NCBI RefSeq assembly: GCF_013004595.1
Contig: NZ_JABEMC010000001.1
Span: 186,001-250,000 of the forward strand
Direction: 5' to 3'
DNA: 64,000 bases
DNA from: Brevibacterium luteolum
GTDB taxonomy: Bacteria > Actinomycetota > Actinomycetes > Actinomycetales > Brevibacteriaceae
A program made the translations under genes and the position numbers. Every line of letters starts with the position of its first letter. Position 1 is the stretch's first letter. A model generated the notes under the pieces. It saw only the letters and a program-made list of their open reading frames with translations. It was not told the origin of the DNA and did no database searches. This document shows positions 1 to 11,798 of the stretch, piece after piece.

Positions 1-197
1 ACAGAGTTCTCCACGAGCTGAAACGCACCGTTCCCGAGGCGGTTCCCACCTCCGCTCCGGAGGTGGTGGACACTCCGCTCCGCAGGTGGTGGATACCCCG
101 TGCCCGAGGCGGTTGGCACCCCGTGCCCGAGGCAGGGGTGACCTCCCAGCGGTGGGTGACCGGCGCCTCGGGCGCGGGGATCGATAAGGTGGGAGAC

Positions 198-971
198 ATG
201 CTGAGTGTCGCGGAGAAGAGTGCGCGCCGATTCGCCAAGGAGACGCCGCTGGGGCGGACGAGGCGGGCGCGGAAGATCCACCGGATTCTGGCCGAGGTGT
301 ACCCGAACGCCCGCTGCGAGCTGGACTTCGAGACCCCGTTCCAGCTGCTCGTCGCCACTGTGCTGTCGGCGCAGACGACCGATATCCGGGTGAATTCGGT
401 GACCCCGGGCCTGTTCGCGGCGTTCCCCGACGCTGAGGCGCTGGCGGCTGCCCGGATCGAGGATGTCGAGCAGCTCATCCGCTCGACCGGGTTCTACCGG
501 TCGAAGGCGAAGAACATCGTGCGGCTCGCAGGCGAGCTCGTCGACCGGTTCGGCGGCGAGGTCCCGGCGAACCAGAAGGACCTCGTGAGCCTGCCGGGCA
601 CAGGAGTGAAGACGGCCAATGTGGTGCTCGGCAACGCCTTCGACATTCCCGGGCTGACCGTCGATACGCACCTTGGGCGCCTCGCCCGCCGGATGGGGTT
701 CACCACGCAGGAGGACCCGGCGAAGGTCGAGGCCGATGTCGTCGCACTGTTTCCGAAGAAGGATCTGACACTGCTGTCGCACCGGATGATCTTCCACGGC
801 CGCCGGATCTGCCATTCACGCCGGCCGGCCTGCGGCGCATGCCCGATCGCCAAACTGTGCCCGAGCTTCGGGATCGGCGAGCTCGACCCGGCCAAGGCAG
901 AGAAGATGCTGCGCTACGAGATGGCCCCGAAAGCCGAGCCGGAGCAGCCGACCCCGGAGGCCCAGGCGTGA
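198..971 (+). CDS. nth: Endonuclease III (HhH-GPD DNA glycosylase/AP lyase, 4Fe-4S)
   Basis: LLVATVLSAQTTD, HhH LVSLPGTGVKTANVVL, VDTH, Fe-S motif CHSRRPACGACPIAKLC. Start placed at ATG 198, 7 nt after TAAGGT, rather than track start 63. Confidence 0.93.
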   Translation: MLSVAEKSARRFAKETPLGRTRRARKIHRILAEVYPNARCELDFETPFQLLVATVLSAQTTDIRVNSVTPGLFAAFPDAEALAAARIEDVEQLIRSTGFYRSKAKNIVRLAGELVDRFGGEVPANQKDLVSLPGTGVKTANVVLGNAFDIPGLTVDTHLGRLARRMGFTTQEDPAKVEADVVALFPKKDLTLLSHRMIFHGRRICHSRRPACGACPIAKLCPSFGIGELDPAKAEKMLRYEMAPKAEPEQPTPEAQA

Positions 972-1675
972 GTCTGTGGGTGCCGAGCCCCGGTGACCCG
1001 GTCAAGTCCGCGCTTGCGCGGCTGGCCGAATCCGGCGGCAATGAGGAGTGGATGCGCCGGGTCCACAAGAAGGACGATGCGCCGGTGCGCGATGCCTCTG
1101 TGCTCATGCTCTTCGGCCGCGGGCAGGCCCCGCGCACACTCGCCGGCCGCCGCGAGCAGGACCGGCTCGAACGCCTCGGGGTGGCCGATGTCGACGTGCT
1201 GCTGCTGCAGCGCTCGGCGAAGCTGCGCCACCACCCCAACCAGGTCGCCTTCCCCGGCGGCGGGCGCGATCCCGAGGACGCCGATGAGATCGCCGCAGCC
1301 CTGCGCGAGGCCGAAGAGGAGACCGGACTCGATCCCGACGGCGTCGAAGTCGTCGGCACCCTCGACCCGCTCTACATCCCGGTCAGCTCCTTCGAGGTGA
1401 CCCCGGTGCTCGCCTGGTGGCAGAACCCTTCGAACGTGTGGGTCGTCGACCACGGCGAGTCCTCGCGCGTCTACCGGGTGCCGGTCGCCGACCTCGTGGC
1501 TCCGGAGAACCGCGGCACCTTCACCGCCCCGGACCGCTCGTACCGCACCCCGGCCTTCGACGTCGGCGTGCTGCGCGTATGGGGCTTCACCGCAGCCCTT
1601 CTGGAGTTCGCGCTGGAGGAGATGGGCTGGGCCCGCGACTGGGATCGCGCAGCCCAGATCGACATCGAACTCTGA
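968..1675 (+). CDS. NUDIX hydrolase, CoA pyrophosphatase-like
   Basis: LRHHPNQVAFPGG plus Nudix box GGRDPEDADEIAAALREAEEETG and VWGFTA; GTGA overlap with the nth stop. Confidence 0.88.
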   Translation: MSLWVPSPGDPVKSALARLAESGGNEEWMRRVHKKDDAPVRDASVLMLFGRGQAPRTLAGRREQDRLERLGVADVDVLLLQRSAKLRHHPNQVAFPGGGRDPEDADEIAAALREAEEETGLDPDGVEVVGTLDPLYIPVSSFEVTPVLAWWQNPSNVWVVDHGESSRVYRVPVADLVAPENRGTFTAPDRSYRTPAFDVGVLRVWGFTAALLEFALEEMGWARDWDRAAQIDIEL

Positions 1676-1701
1676 GGCGCCCCGAGCCGCCCAGACACGA
1701 C

Positions 1702-1734
1702 TGAAGCCTGCATCCGCACAGGATGCAGGCTTCA
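1702..1734. terminator. Hairpin, likely bidirectional terminator
   Basis: Perfect 14-bp inverted repeat tgaagcctgcatcc-gcaca-ggatgcaggcttca between convergent genes. Confidence 0.75.
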
Positions 1735-1867
1735 ATCAGTGGCTCTCATGGGCTCCCAGCAGGTGAGCCGGACTCAGCACGGGAACGTGACCAAGTCCGG
1801 GAACCGGCGCCCACTGCGGCACCGAACCTCCGCCTCGGGAGCGGAACCGGCACCTCGGAACCGGAAC

Positions 1868-2275
1868 TCAGACGCGCGGGCCCGAGGGGTTGCTCAGGGC
1901 GCGCTTGAACGCGTTGAGTGCCGACTTGCCGGAGCTGATCGCCGACTGCGGGGTCGGGTTGCCCTTCTTGAGGAACGGCACCGCAATGCCGACGAGGATG
2001 AGCGCGAGCACGAGCAGGATGCCGAAGACGATGAGGGCGCTCAGCCACCACGACAGCCCGACGCCCTCGTGGAAGACGGCTACGAGCAGGAAGGTGACGA
2101 CAAGCGAGCCGAGGAACAGCAGGAATAGTCCGGCGACCGCCAGGCCGGCACCGATGCCGAGCTTCTTGACACCCTCGGTGACCTCGGCCTTCGCGAGGGC
2201 CGACTCCTCCTGGACGAGTGCTTGGCCATCAGCTTGGATGTCTTTGATGAGCTGGGAGATCGACCGCTCGGACAT
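1868..2275 (-). CDS. Holin-X-like (phage holin family) membrane protein
   Basis: N-terminal RSISQLIKDI..LVQEESALAKAEV, two TM segments, GAAGGAG RBS; usual neighbour of acs in actinobacteria. Confidence 0.75.
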   Translation of the reverse strand: MSERSISQLIKDIQADGQALVQEESALAKAEVTEGVKKLGIGAGLAVAGLFLLFLGSLVVTFLLVAVFHEGVGLSWWLSALIVFGILLVLALILVGIAVPFLKKGNPTPQSAISSGKSALNAFKRALSNPSGPRV

Positions 2276-2499
2276 GCTGGCTCCTTCATAGATGAGGAAT
2301 GGGTAACGCTGCTTGCTTCCTAGCCTAATGCGTTCTGCCCGCCTGACAAACGCCAGGGCGCGCGAAAATCTGCGAAACCACCGGTCAGCGGCCCGCGCCC
2401 AAGGGCTTCGGGGCCGGCGTGCCGCCAGTCGGGCGCGGGCCGGGACCCGCTGTCGCGGCCCCGTTTCCGTGCCCGAGGCGGCGGCTGGCCGGGCAGATC

Positions 2500-4440
<1,941 letters not shown>

Positions 4441-4721
4441 GTGTACCTCCGACAACATGGGGAGCTGGAACAAATGCCTCCGTGATGCACCTTACATCGA
4501 ATTCTCTCACCGGTTAAGACTGCTCATCTCATTCGGCCACAGTGTGGGAAACGTCAGCAGGCTGGCGCCGACAAGGGGTGATGTCGGTAAGCTAGCCCTC
4601 GACATGCTTACGTCCAGCGAAGGACCGCGGGGCGCCGGGGCCGGGCAGGCCGCCTGCGGGCCGCGGGACTGAGACTCGGCCACCGTGCCAGGTCACAACG
4701 ACTTGAGGAGAACTTCCGATC

Positions 4722-6995
4722 ATGAGCACCCCCTACCAGCCTGGCGGACAGCAGCAGGACCCGCATCAGTCGGCGTCTGCCTACGGCAGCCAGCCCGGCG
4801 CCGGATACGACGCCGGTTACGGCGGACAGGAGCCCGCAGCCTACGGCAGCCAGAATCCGGGCGCCTACGGCAGCCAGGGTCAGACCTACGGCCAGCCGCA
4901 GGGCCAGGCGCCGCAGTCCGCGCAGTGGGATCAGCAGCAGGCCGGCTACGGCAGCCAGATGCCGGCCGCCTACGGCAGCCAGCCCGGCGCCGGATACGGC
5001 CCTGGTGGCTACCCGCAGCAGAGCGCGGCCCCGCGTCGGCCCGGTGGCGGACTGCTCGGGCCGCTGACGCTGCGCGACATCCTGCTTCTCATCGGTGCGC
5101 TCTTCGGGCTCATCTCGCTCATCACTCCGTTCTGGCGCGACATGTACGGTTTCGGCTACGGGTTTGAGAACACCTTCCTCATGACGAGCAGGTACGGCTG
5201 GCAGATCGTTCTCATGTGGCCGCTGCTGCTCATCATCGCCGGGGTCATCACGCTGCTGAATAAGACGGTGCGCGGCTTCCCGCAGCGCATAGGCTCGCTC
5301 AGTCCCGATCAGCTCATCTCAGTGCTGACATCGGTGGCTTTCGCCACCTGCGCCCTCGAGATCGCGCTGACGGTGTTCTCGATGTCTGCCTGGCACGTCG
5401 GAGCCTACTTCGCCTTCGTCGGAGCGCTTGTGTCCTTCTTCGCCGGCGTCTTCACGATGCTGCCGTTCTTCGCCGCTGAGTTCACCCAGCGGCCGGACAG
5501 TCAGGCACATCCGAAGGCCCGCCCGGTCTCGCGTGATGCCGCCTCGACCGCCCCGGGACTCAGCCAGCAGGCCCAGCCGCACGTTCCGCACGGTCAGTAC
5601 GACCAGTACGGTGTCCAGTCCCAGATGGGCCAGTTCGGCCAGCAGGACCAGTCCGCCGCTCAGCCGGGCTACGCGGCTGCCGACCTGCAGGCCTACGGTT
5701 CGCAGCAGCAGGCGTACGGATCGCAGCCGACTGGCTACGCCGCACAGCAGCAGGCTTACGGTTCGCAGCCGACCGGTTATGACGCGCAGCAGCACGCCTA
5801 TGGCTCCCAGCCGGCAGCCGGTGAGACCCCGGCCGCTGATTCCGGCAGCCAGGGCGCAGGTTCAGTCGCCGGTGCCGTCGGTGCCGGTGCGGCCGGAGCC
5901 GCAGCCACCGGCATCGGCATGAACGCCGATGACAACGACGCGCAGGCCGGTGACTTTGCCGCCGGTGAGGAGCCCCGTCAGCAGCAGATCTCCGACGATG
6001 GCCAGGCGTACCTCGGCAGCCACACCGCTGACGCTCCCGAGCACGCGCAGAGTGAGCCGACCCAGGCGTTCATGGCCGGCGGCCGGACGCACAGCGCAGA
6101 CTTCAGCGATAATGCAGCTGCTGAACCGGCAGCCGAGCGCAGCAGCGACGACGCAGCTGCAGACGGCCTTGCAGGTGCCGACGTCCACGATGCTGATCGC
6201 ACCGTCGTCGCCGACACCGTCAGCGACGCCCCTGCTGAGGCGGTCAGCGAGGAACCGGCCGAGTCCGTAAGTGACGCACCTGCTGAGACCGCAGATCCGA
6301 CCGAGACCGAGCGCACTGCAGCAGACGATGCCGACAGCCAGTTGGCCGAGGCCAGCGGCTTCGGCGCCAAGGCTGCCGACACCTCGGGTGCGGACACGGT
6401 CGCCGAGACCTCGGCACCGGCGGCAAGCGAACCGGCAGCCGATCAGCCGGCCACCCGCCGGGAGGCGCGCGTGCGCGGTGAACAGCAGGCCAGCGATGAC
6501 CCGAACGAGCCGACCCAGTGGTTCCGGGCCTACGAGCGCGACAGCTCGGGCGCGGCAGCGCCGACCAGTTCCGGCAGCACGGCCGCCAGCGAGCTCGCCG
6601 ACAGCGACCAGACGGTGGCTGCAGGTGAGCCAGTCGCCAGCGATCCGTCGCTCGATCAGCCGACTCAGGCCTGGACCCCCGGCGCCGACGCGCAGGCACC
6701 CGGCGCCGATGCGACGCTCGACCAGCCGACCCAGGCGTGGAGCCCGGCGACAGAGTCGACGACCGACACCGGCGAATCGGCCGAAGCCGTGCCCTCGGGC
6801 CAGGCCCAGCCGTTCTGGTTCGCCGTCCCGGAGCCGCGCGAGGCGATCGACCCGAGCACCGGCCGGCCGCTGTTCACCGTCACCCCCGGTGAATGGTTCC
6901 TGGCGCTGTCGGACAACGGCACCACCTTCACCGTCCGGGACGCCACCGGGCAGGAGGGACTGCTGCGCAACCTGGAGGGCATCCAGCGCGGCTGA
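4722..6995 (+). CDS. Membrane protein with long Gln/Gly/Tyr-rich and acidic disordered regions and a small C-terminal domain
   Basis: Four hydrophobic segments at about aa 120-250, many AYGSQ repeats, C-terminal QPFWFAVP..GEWFLAL; GAGGAG RBS. Confidence 0.7.
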   Translation: MSTPYQPGGQQQDPHQSASAYGSQPGAGYDAGYGGQEPAAYGSQNPGAYGSQGQTYGQPQGQAPQSAQWDQQQAGYGSQMPAAYGSQPGAGYGPGGYPQQSAAPRRPGGGLLGPLTLRDILLLIGALFGLISLITPFWRDMYGFGYGFENTFLMTSRYGWQIVLMWPLLLIIAGVITLLNKTVRGFPQRIGSLSPDQLISVLTSVAFATCALEIALTVFSMSAWHVGAYFAFVGALVSFFAGVFTMLPFFAAEFTQRPDSQAHPKARPVSRDAASTAPGLSQQAQPHVPHGQYDQYGVQSQMGQFGQQDQSAAQPGYAAADLQAYGSQQQAYGSQPTGYAAQQQAYGSQPTGYDAQQHAYGSQPAAGETPAADSGSQGAGSVAGAVGAGAAGAAATGIGMNADDNDAQAGDFAAGEEPRQQQISDDGQAYLGSHTADAPEHAQSEPTQAFMAGGRTHSADFSDNAAAEPAAERSSDDAAADGLAGADVHDADRTVVADTVSDAPAEAVSEEPAESVSDAPAETADPTETERTAADDADSQLAEASGFGAKAADTSGADTVAETSAPAASEPAADQPATRREARVRGEQQASDDPNEPTQWFRAYERDSSGAAAPTSSGSTAASELADSDQTVAAGEPVASDPSLDQPTQAWTPGADAQAPGADATLDQPTQAWSPATESTTDTGESAEAVPSGQAQPFWFAVPEPREAIDPSTGRPLFTVTPGEWFLALSDNGTTFTVRDATGQEGLLRNLEGIQRG

Positions 6996-7320
6996 CCCGC
7001 CGGAACCCTGAAGAACACTGCGCGCCCTGATCCGCATCACCGATGTGGACCAGGGCGCGCAGTCGTGTGTGCAAGGCGGTGAGTGCACCGCGACGCGTGC
7101 GCAGAAGCTGTGGATGGGTGGGAAGTGAGCGGTGCAGAAGTGGGCGTCGCAGCAGGGATTCTCGCAGGCGAGGTCCGCGGACGGGCGCGCTGACCAGCAG
7201 CAACGCTGACAGGTGTGGACGCAGGTGACCTGCGGTCACAAGCGGCAGGCGCAGCCGCTGCTATCCACAGCCGAGGCGGCCCCCGCCTAGGGGAGAGTGG
7301 ATTCGGGTGAGCCTGAGGAC

Positions 7321-8364
7321 ATGTCCCGCATCGCGCTCGTCACCCAGCTGACCAGCCTCGCCGAACAGTGCGCCGCACTCGCCGACGGCATCGGCATCCG
7401 TCTCGACGTGCTGGCCCCGCACTCCGGCGGCTGGCAGGACGCCGTGCTCGTCCTCCTCGGCGAAGACGTCACCGACCCGCTGCCAGCACTGTCCGCCCCA
7501 ACGGTGCTCATCGCCGTCGACCACGCCGCCGAGGTGTGGCAGCAGGCCGCCCGGCTCGGCACCGACACCGTCGCCGTGCTGCCAGCAGCCGCCGAATGGC
7601 TCACCCAGCGGATGATCCACGCCGTCGAACCGCCCGGCAGCCCAGCCACCACGATCGGTGTCGTCGCAGGTTCCGGAGGAGCCGGCGCCTCGGTGCTGGC
7701 GTGTGCGCTCGCCCGCCATGCCGCGACCGAGGCGGTCGAGACGGTGCTGCTCGACGCCGACCCGCTCGGCGGGGGCGTCGACCTTGTGCTCGGCTACGAG
7801 AACATCGACGGGCTCAGGTGGCCTGCGCTGACGACCTCGCGCGGGCGGCTGAGGCCCTCGACTCTGCCGCAGGCGCTGCCCCGCAGTGAGGGACTCTCCG
7901 TGCTGTCCTGGGATCGCGAGACCCACGCCGATCTCTCCGGCGACGTCTTCGACGCCGTCATCACCGCAGCCCAGCAGGCATTCAACCTCGTCATCGTCGA
8001 CCTGCCCCGGCATGCCCCAGTCGAATGGGCCTCCAGCTGCCACCACCTCGTACTCGTCACTCCCGCCCGGGTGCGCGCAGTCATCGCCGCCTCGTGCGTG
8101 GCCAGCCGACTGCGCGCCGTCCACCCGGCCGTCGGCCTAGCAGTCCGCGCAGTCGATCGGCAGGGTCTCGACCCTGCCCTCGTAGCCGAGAGCATCGGAC
8201 TCGAACTGCTCGGCAGCTACCGCGACGACCCGCCCCTGGCCGCCCAAGTCGACCGCGGCGAGGGCATCCCGTACGCGCGCACGCGCCTCAAACGATTCGC
8301 CGCAGGCGTGCTCGACGGGATCCTGACAGACTCACCGCACTACGCCAGCGCAGGTGGCCGATGA
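7321..8364 (+). CDS. ssd: Septum site-determining protein Ssd / CpaE-like
   Basis: Deviant Walker A GSGGAGAS, LLDADPLGGGVD, GLRW; first gene of the tad cluster. Start could be GTG 7297. Confidence 0.85.
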   Translation: MSRIALVTQLTSLAEQCAALADGIGIRLDVLAPHSGGWQDAVLVLLGEDVTDPLPALSAPTVLIAVDHAAEVWQQAARLGTDTVAVLPAAAEWLTQRMIHAVEPPGSPATTIGVVAGSGGAGASVLACALARHAATEAVETVLLDADPLGGGVDLVLGYENIDGLRWPALTTSRGRLRPSTLPQALPRSEGLSVLSWDRETHADLSGDVFDAVITAAQQAFNLVIVDLPRHAPVEWASSCHHLVLVTPARVRAVIAASCVASRLRAVHPAVGLAVRAVDRQGLDPALVAESIGLELLGSYRDDPPLAAQVDRGEGIPYARTRLKRFAAGVLDGILTDSPHYASAGGR

Positions 8365-9569
8365 GCGAGTGGATCGAACCCGGGCTCATCAATGATGTGC
8401 GCACCCACCTGCTCGAACATCCCGGCCCGATCACCTCCTCGGCGGTGGCAACGGCAGTCCAGCGCACCGGCCGAGTGCTCGGCTCGGCGGCACTGCTGGA
8501 ACTCGTCGCCCGGATCTCCGCCCAGCTGGCGGGGGCCGGTCCGCTGCAGCCGCTGCTCGACGAACCCGGGGTCACCGACGTGTTCGTCAACGGCCCGCGC
8601 GACATCTGGGTCGACCGGGGCGCGGGTCTGACGCGGGTGCGTCTCTCACTTGGCGGGGAACCCGATGTGCGCACCCTGGCCGTGAGGCTGGCTGCTCTCG
8701 GCGGCAGGCGGTTGGACGACTCGACTCCGCTCGTCGATGTGCAGTTGCCTGACGGGGTGCGGCTCAACGCCGTCATCCCACCGTTGTCGGGGGATCACAC
8801 GATCATGTCGTTCCGCATCCCACGCCCGCGCGCATTCACCCTCGCCGAACTCATCGACACCGGCGCGGTGCCAGCCGCCATCGCCGAACTACTGCACCAG
8901 ATACTCACCCGCCGGGCCAACTTCCTCATCTCCGGCGGCACCGGATCGGGCAAGACCGCACTGCTTGGGGCGCTGCTGGCCGAATCGGCAGACGACCAGC
9001 GGCTCGTCATCGTCGAGGACTCCCGCGAGCTCAGCCTCGACCACCCGCACGTCGTGCAGCTCTCGGCCCGCCAGTCCAATGTCGAAGGGGCCGGGACCGT
9101 TTCGCTGACGGACCTGGTGCGCAACGCGCTGCGAATGCGCCCGGACCGCCTCGTGGTCGGAGAGTGCCGTGGGGCTGAAGTCCGTGACATGCTCACCGCG
9201 CTCAACACCGGACACGAAGGCGGGTGCGCGACGATCCACGCCAACACCGGCGATGCGGTCCCGGCCCGGCTGGAGGCGCTCGGTGCGCTGGCCGGCATGA
9301 CCCCGGCAGCCGTGCGCTCCCAGGTCGCCAGCGCCATCGACGTCATCATCCACATCCGCCGGCTGCGCCCCGGCGAAGCGGAGGAGCCAGGAACAGGTGC
9401 GGGGGCATCGCGGCAGGTGAGCGAGCTGAGCGTGCCGCGCGCCGAACCGGACGGGCGGATCGTCATGCACCCGGTCTGGCATGCCGGCACCGGTTTTGAC
9501 ACCACCGGCCTCGACATGCTCACCACCCTGCTCGCCGAACGCAGCGGCATCACCGGACCGCACCGATGA
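8361..9569 (+). CDS. tadA: TadA/CpaF pilus assembly ATPase
   Basis: SGGTGSGKT, VEDSREL, ALRMRPDRLVVGECRG, NTGHEG..TIHAN; ATGA overlap with ssd. Confidence 0.92.
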   Translation: MSEWIEPGLINDVRTHLLEHPGPITSSAVATAVQRTGRVLGSAALLELVARISAQLAGAGPLQPLLDEPGVTDVFVNGPRDIWVDRGAGLTRVRLSLGGEPDVRTLAVRLAALGGRRLDDSTPLVDVQLPDGVRLNAVIPPLSGDHTIMSFRIPRPRAFTLAELIDTGAVPAAIAELLHQILTRRANFLISGGTGSGKTALLGALLAESADDQRLVIVEDSRELSLDHPHVVQLSARQSNVEGAGTVSLTDLVRNALRMRPDRLVVGECRGAEVRDMLTALNTGHEGGCATIHANTGDAVPARLEALGALAGMTPAAVRSQVASAIDVIIHIRRLRPGEAEEPGTGAGASRQVSELSVPRAEPDGRIVMHPVWHAGTGFDTTGLDMLTTLLAERSGITGPHR

Positions 9570-10294
9570 CCGCCGTCGTCATCGCACTCATCGGAGCGTT
9601 GGCAGCCGCCGGCTGGTGGCTGCTGAGCGCTGACACGGCAGCCAGCCGGCTCACCCAGCTGCTGCCAACCCGGGTGGGAGCCGACCAGTCGCCAAGCCGA
9701 CCGCGGCTGTTCGCCCGCTGGCGCCGGCAGGCGGCCACCGCCTCGGGCCCGGACGATGAGTCCGCAGCGATCGCGATGATCGATCGGGCCGCTGAACTGC
9801 TGCGCGTGGGCATGCCGCCGGAGGCGATCATGAGCCAGCTCGGTGAGCTCAGCGACGACCCGCACAGCGCCGAGGTGCTCGGCCGCATGTCGCGTTCGCT
9901 GCGGCTGGGGGAGCGCCCGCACGAGGCGATCCGCCGGCATGCCGGACAGCTGCCGACTGCCCAGCACGACATCTTCGACGGGATGGCCGCCGTCTGGTTC
10001 GTCGCCGAGACCGCTGGTGCACCGGCTGCCGACATGCTCGCCCGCTACGCCACCTCCTGCCGTGAGAAGGCCGACGCCGCCCGCGAACGCGCCGTCGCGC
10101 TAGCTGGCCCGCAGTCGACGGTGCGCGTGCTCACCTGGCTGCCGGTGTTCTCCCTCGGCCTCGGCGCGTTCATCGGCGCCAACCCGCTGCGGCTGGCGCT
10201 CACCGTGCCTGGAGCGCTCAGCCTCGGCGGCGGCATCGCACTGCTGCTGGCCGGTCGCGCCTGGATGCGCGCGATGCTGAGGAGAGCGCAGTGA
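9566..10294 (+). CDS. TadB-like type II secretion F-family protein
   Basis: N-terminal TM, AETAGAPAA, LAGPQSTVRVLTWLP, C-terminal TMs; coupled to tadA. Confidence 0.8.
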   Translation: MTAVVIALIGALAAAGWWLLSADTAASRLTQLLPTRVGADQSPSRPRLFARWRRQAATASGPDDESAAIAMIDRAAELLRVGMPPEAIMSQLGELSDDPHSAEVLGRMSRSLRLGERPHEAIRRHAGQLPTAQHDIFDGMAAVWFVAETAGAPAADMLARYATSCREKADAARERAVALAGPQSTVRVLTWLPVFSLGLGAFIGANPLRLALTVPGALSLGGGIALLLAGRAWMRAMLRRAQ

Positions 10295-10986
10295 GCGGGC
10301 TCGTCATCGCCGTCATCGGTGTGCTCGTCGCGGCCGCCTTCGTGCTCTTCGACCCGGGAACAGCCGGCCGGCTCACCCGGCTGAGTGGCAGCCGTGCACA
10401 TCCCCGCGCCCGAGGCGGTGGTTCCGACGATCGGGAAGCGGCCTCGAGTGCCGGGCGGGGTGTGAGTGACTCGCCGGTTGACCGGCTGGCCTTCGACCTG
10501 GAGCTGGTGGCGATCTGCCTGCAGAGCGGCCTGACCCCGGAGCGGGCGCTCATCCTGGCCGCGCAAGCCGCCGGCGACCGCAGCGGGCTCGGCCGGCTCG
10601 GCCACGCGATCGCCCTCGGGCAGTCGACCGAAAGCAGACAGGCCGGACACGCGCATTCTGCAACGCACGGGGCGGACGGAGTGACGGGTGACGGTGCGCC
10701 CGGGCCGGTCGTCTCACAGCTGCCCGACATCGATGAGCGTCTGCGCCCGGTGGTCTCTCTCATCGACTTCAGCCGCCGCACCGGCGTTGCGCTCGCCCCG
10801 CTGCTGCGCGGGCTGTCGGCCGATCTGCGCCGCAGCGAGCAGCGCCGCCGCCAGCTGGCGGCTGCACGACTGGGCGTCACCCTCGTCATTCCGCTGGGTG
10901 TGTGCATCCTGCCGGCCTTCATCCTGCTCGGCATCGTCCCAGTCGTCATCACATTGGTCTCCGATATGGCTGGGGTGTTCCAGTGA
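10291..10986 (+). CDS. TadC-like type II secretion F-family protein
   Basis: AARLGVTLVIPLGVCILPAFILLGIVPVV C-terminus typical of actinobacterial TadC. Confidence 0.82.
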   Translation: MSGLVIAVIGVLVAAAFVLFDPGTAGRLTRLSGSRAHPRARGGGSDDREAASSAGRGVSDSPVDRLAFDLELVAICLQSGLTPERALILAAQAAGDRSGLGRLGHAIALGQSTESRQAGHAHSATHGADGVTGDGAPGPVVSQLPDIDERLRPVVSLIDFSRRTGVALAPLLRGLSADLRRSEQRRRQLAAARLGVTLVIPLGVCILPAFILLGIVPVVITLVSDMAGVFQ

Positions 10987-11176
10987 AAACGGCTGTGGAT
11001 CACGGTCTTGCGTGTGTGCACCCGGATGTGGACGCACCTCGGGCATCCACACCTGCGGTGCCGTGTCTGGAGGCAGCCGGCCGGTCACCGGAGGCTGGGA
11101 TCAGCTCGCCGCCCCAGGCATCCAGCCCGTGGGCAGTGCAGCTGGAGTCCGCAATGGCACACAGTGAGGAGACACC

Positions 11177-11422
11177 ATGGACACGACACAAGACCGCACA
11201 ACACCGGCACGCAGTCCGAACCAGCAGAAGGCAGGCGCTGCACAGACCCGCCTGCTGGCCCAGCACATCAGCTCCGATGAAGGCGCCACGACTGCCGAAT
11301 ACGCGATCACCACACTGGCAGCCTGCGGGCTGGCGGCACTGCTCGTGACACTGCTCAAGAGCGACACGCTGCTCGAGCTCGTCACAGGCGTCATCAGCTC
11401 GGCGTTCGGGCTCGGCGGCTGA
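11177..11422 (+). CDS. Flp pilin-like protein (DUF4244-type)
   Basis: Prepilin motif DEG/ATTAEYA then a hydrophobic helix; GAGGAG RBS. Confidence 0.85.
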   Translation: MDTTQDRTTPARSPNQQKAGAAQTRLLAQHISSDEGATTAEYAITTLAACGLAALLVTLLKSDTLLELVTGVISSAFGLGG

Positions 11423-11423
11423 C

Positions 11424-11798
11424 ATGACCAGGCCAGTCTGCGAAGAGCGCCGTCGGCGGATCACCTGTGACCGGGGAGCGGCAACCGCGGAGTTCGCCAT
11501 GGTGCTGCCGGCCCTGGTCCTGCTGCTGGCGCTCTTCGCAGGCGCGGCCACCGTCGGGATGACCCAGCTGCGCGCCTACGACGCCGCCCGGGCCGCCGCT
11601 CGCGAGGCAGCGCGTGGGGAACCGCAGCACACCGTCGTCGCCGAAGCCGAGAAACGCGCCGGTGCTGGATCGAAGGCAACGATCAGGACCGAGGGCGGAT
11701 ACACCGAGGTCGCCGTCGTCATCGGCCTGCCGCAACCGGTGAGCATGATCCTCAAACAGGTCGAGTCGTCAGCAACCGCCAGGACGGAAGGCAGCTGA
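11424..11798 (+). CDS. TadE-family minor pilin
   Basis: DRG/AATAEFAMVLP and DAARAAAREAARG. Confidence 0.85.
   Translation: MTRPVCEERRRRITCDRGAATAEFAMVLPALVLLLALFAGAATVGMTQLRAYDAARAAAREAARGEPQHTVVAEAEKRAGAGSKATIRTEGGYTEVAVVIGLPQPVSMILKQVESSATARTEGS

Noticed and set aside
28..179. Repeats considered as a CRISPR array
   Set aside because: Units are adjacent without unique spacers, only two copies each, and no cas genes are present.
1868..2275. Holin-like gene as evidence of a prophage
   Set aside because: No other phage genes; this family is a routine chromosomal neighbour of acs.
4543..4558. Possible CRP/GlxR site upstream of acs (TGTGG-N6-TCAGC)
   Set aside because: Only 7/10 match; too weak to call from sequence alone.
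8025..8360. Long N-terminal extensions in the ORF track (tadA 8025, nth 63, NUDIX 839, topA 16418, carboxylase 34557, ALDH 47107, helicase-sigma 56497, msrA 63095)
   Set aside because: They overlap upstream genes or promoters; downstream starts have RBS, stop/start coupling or leaderless -10 support.
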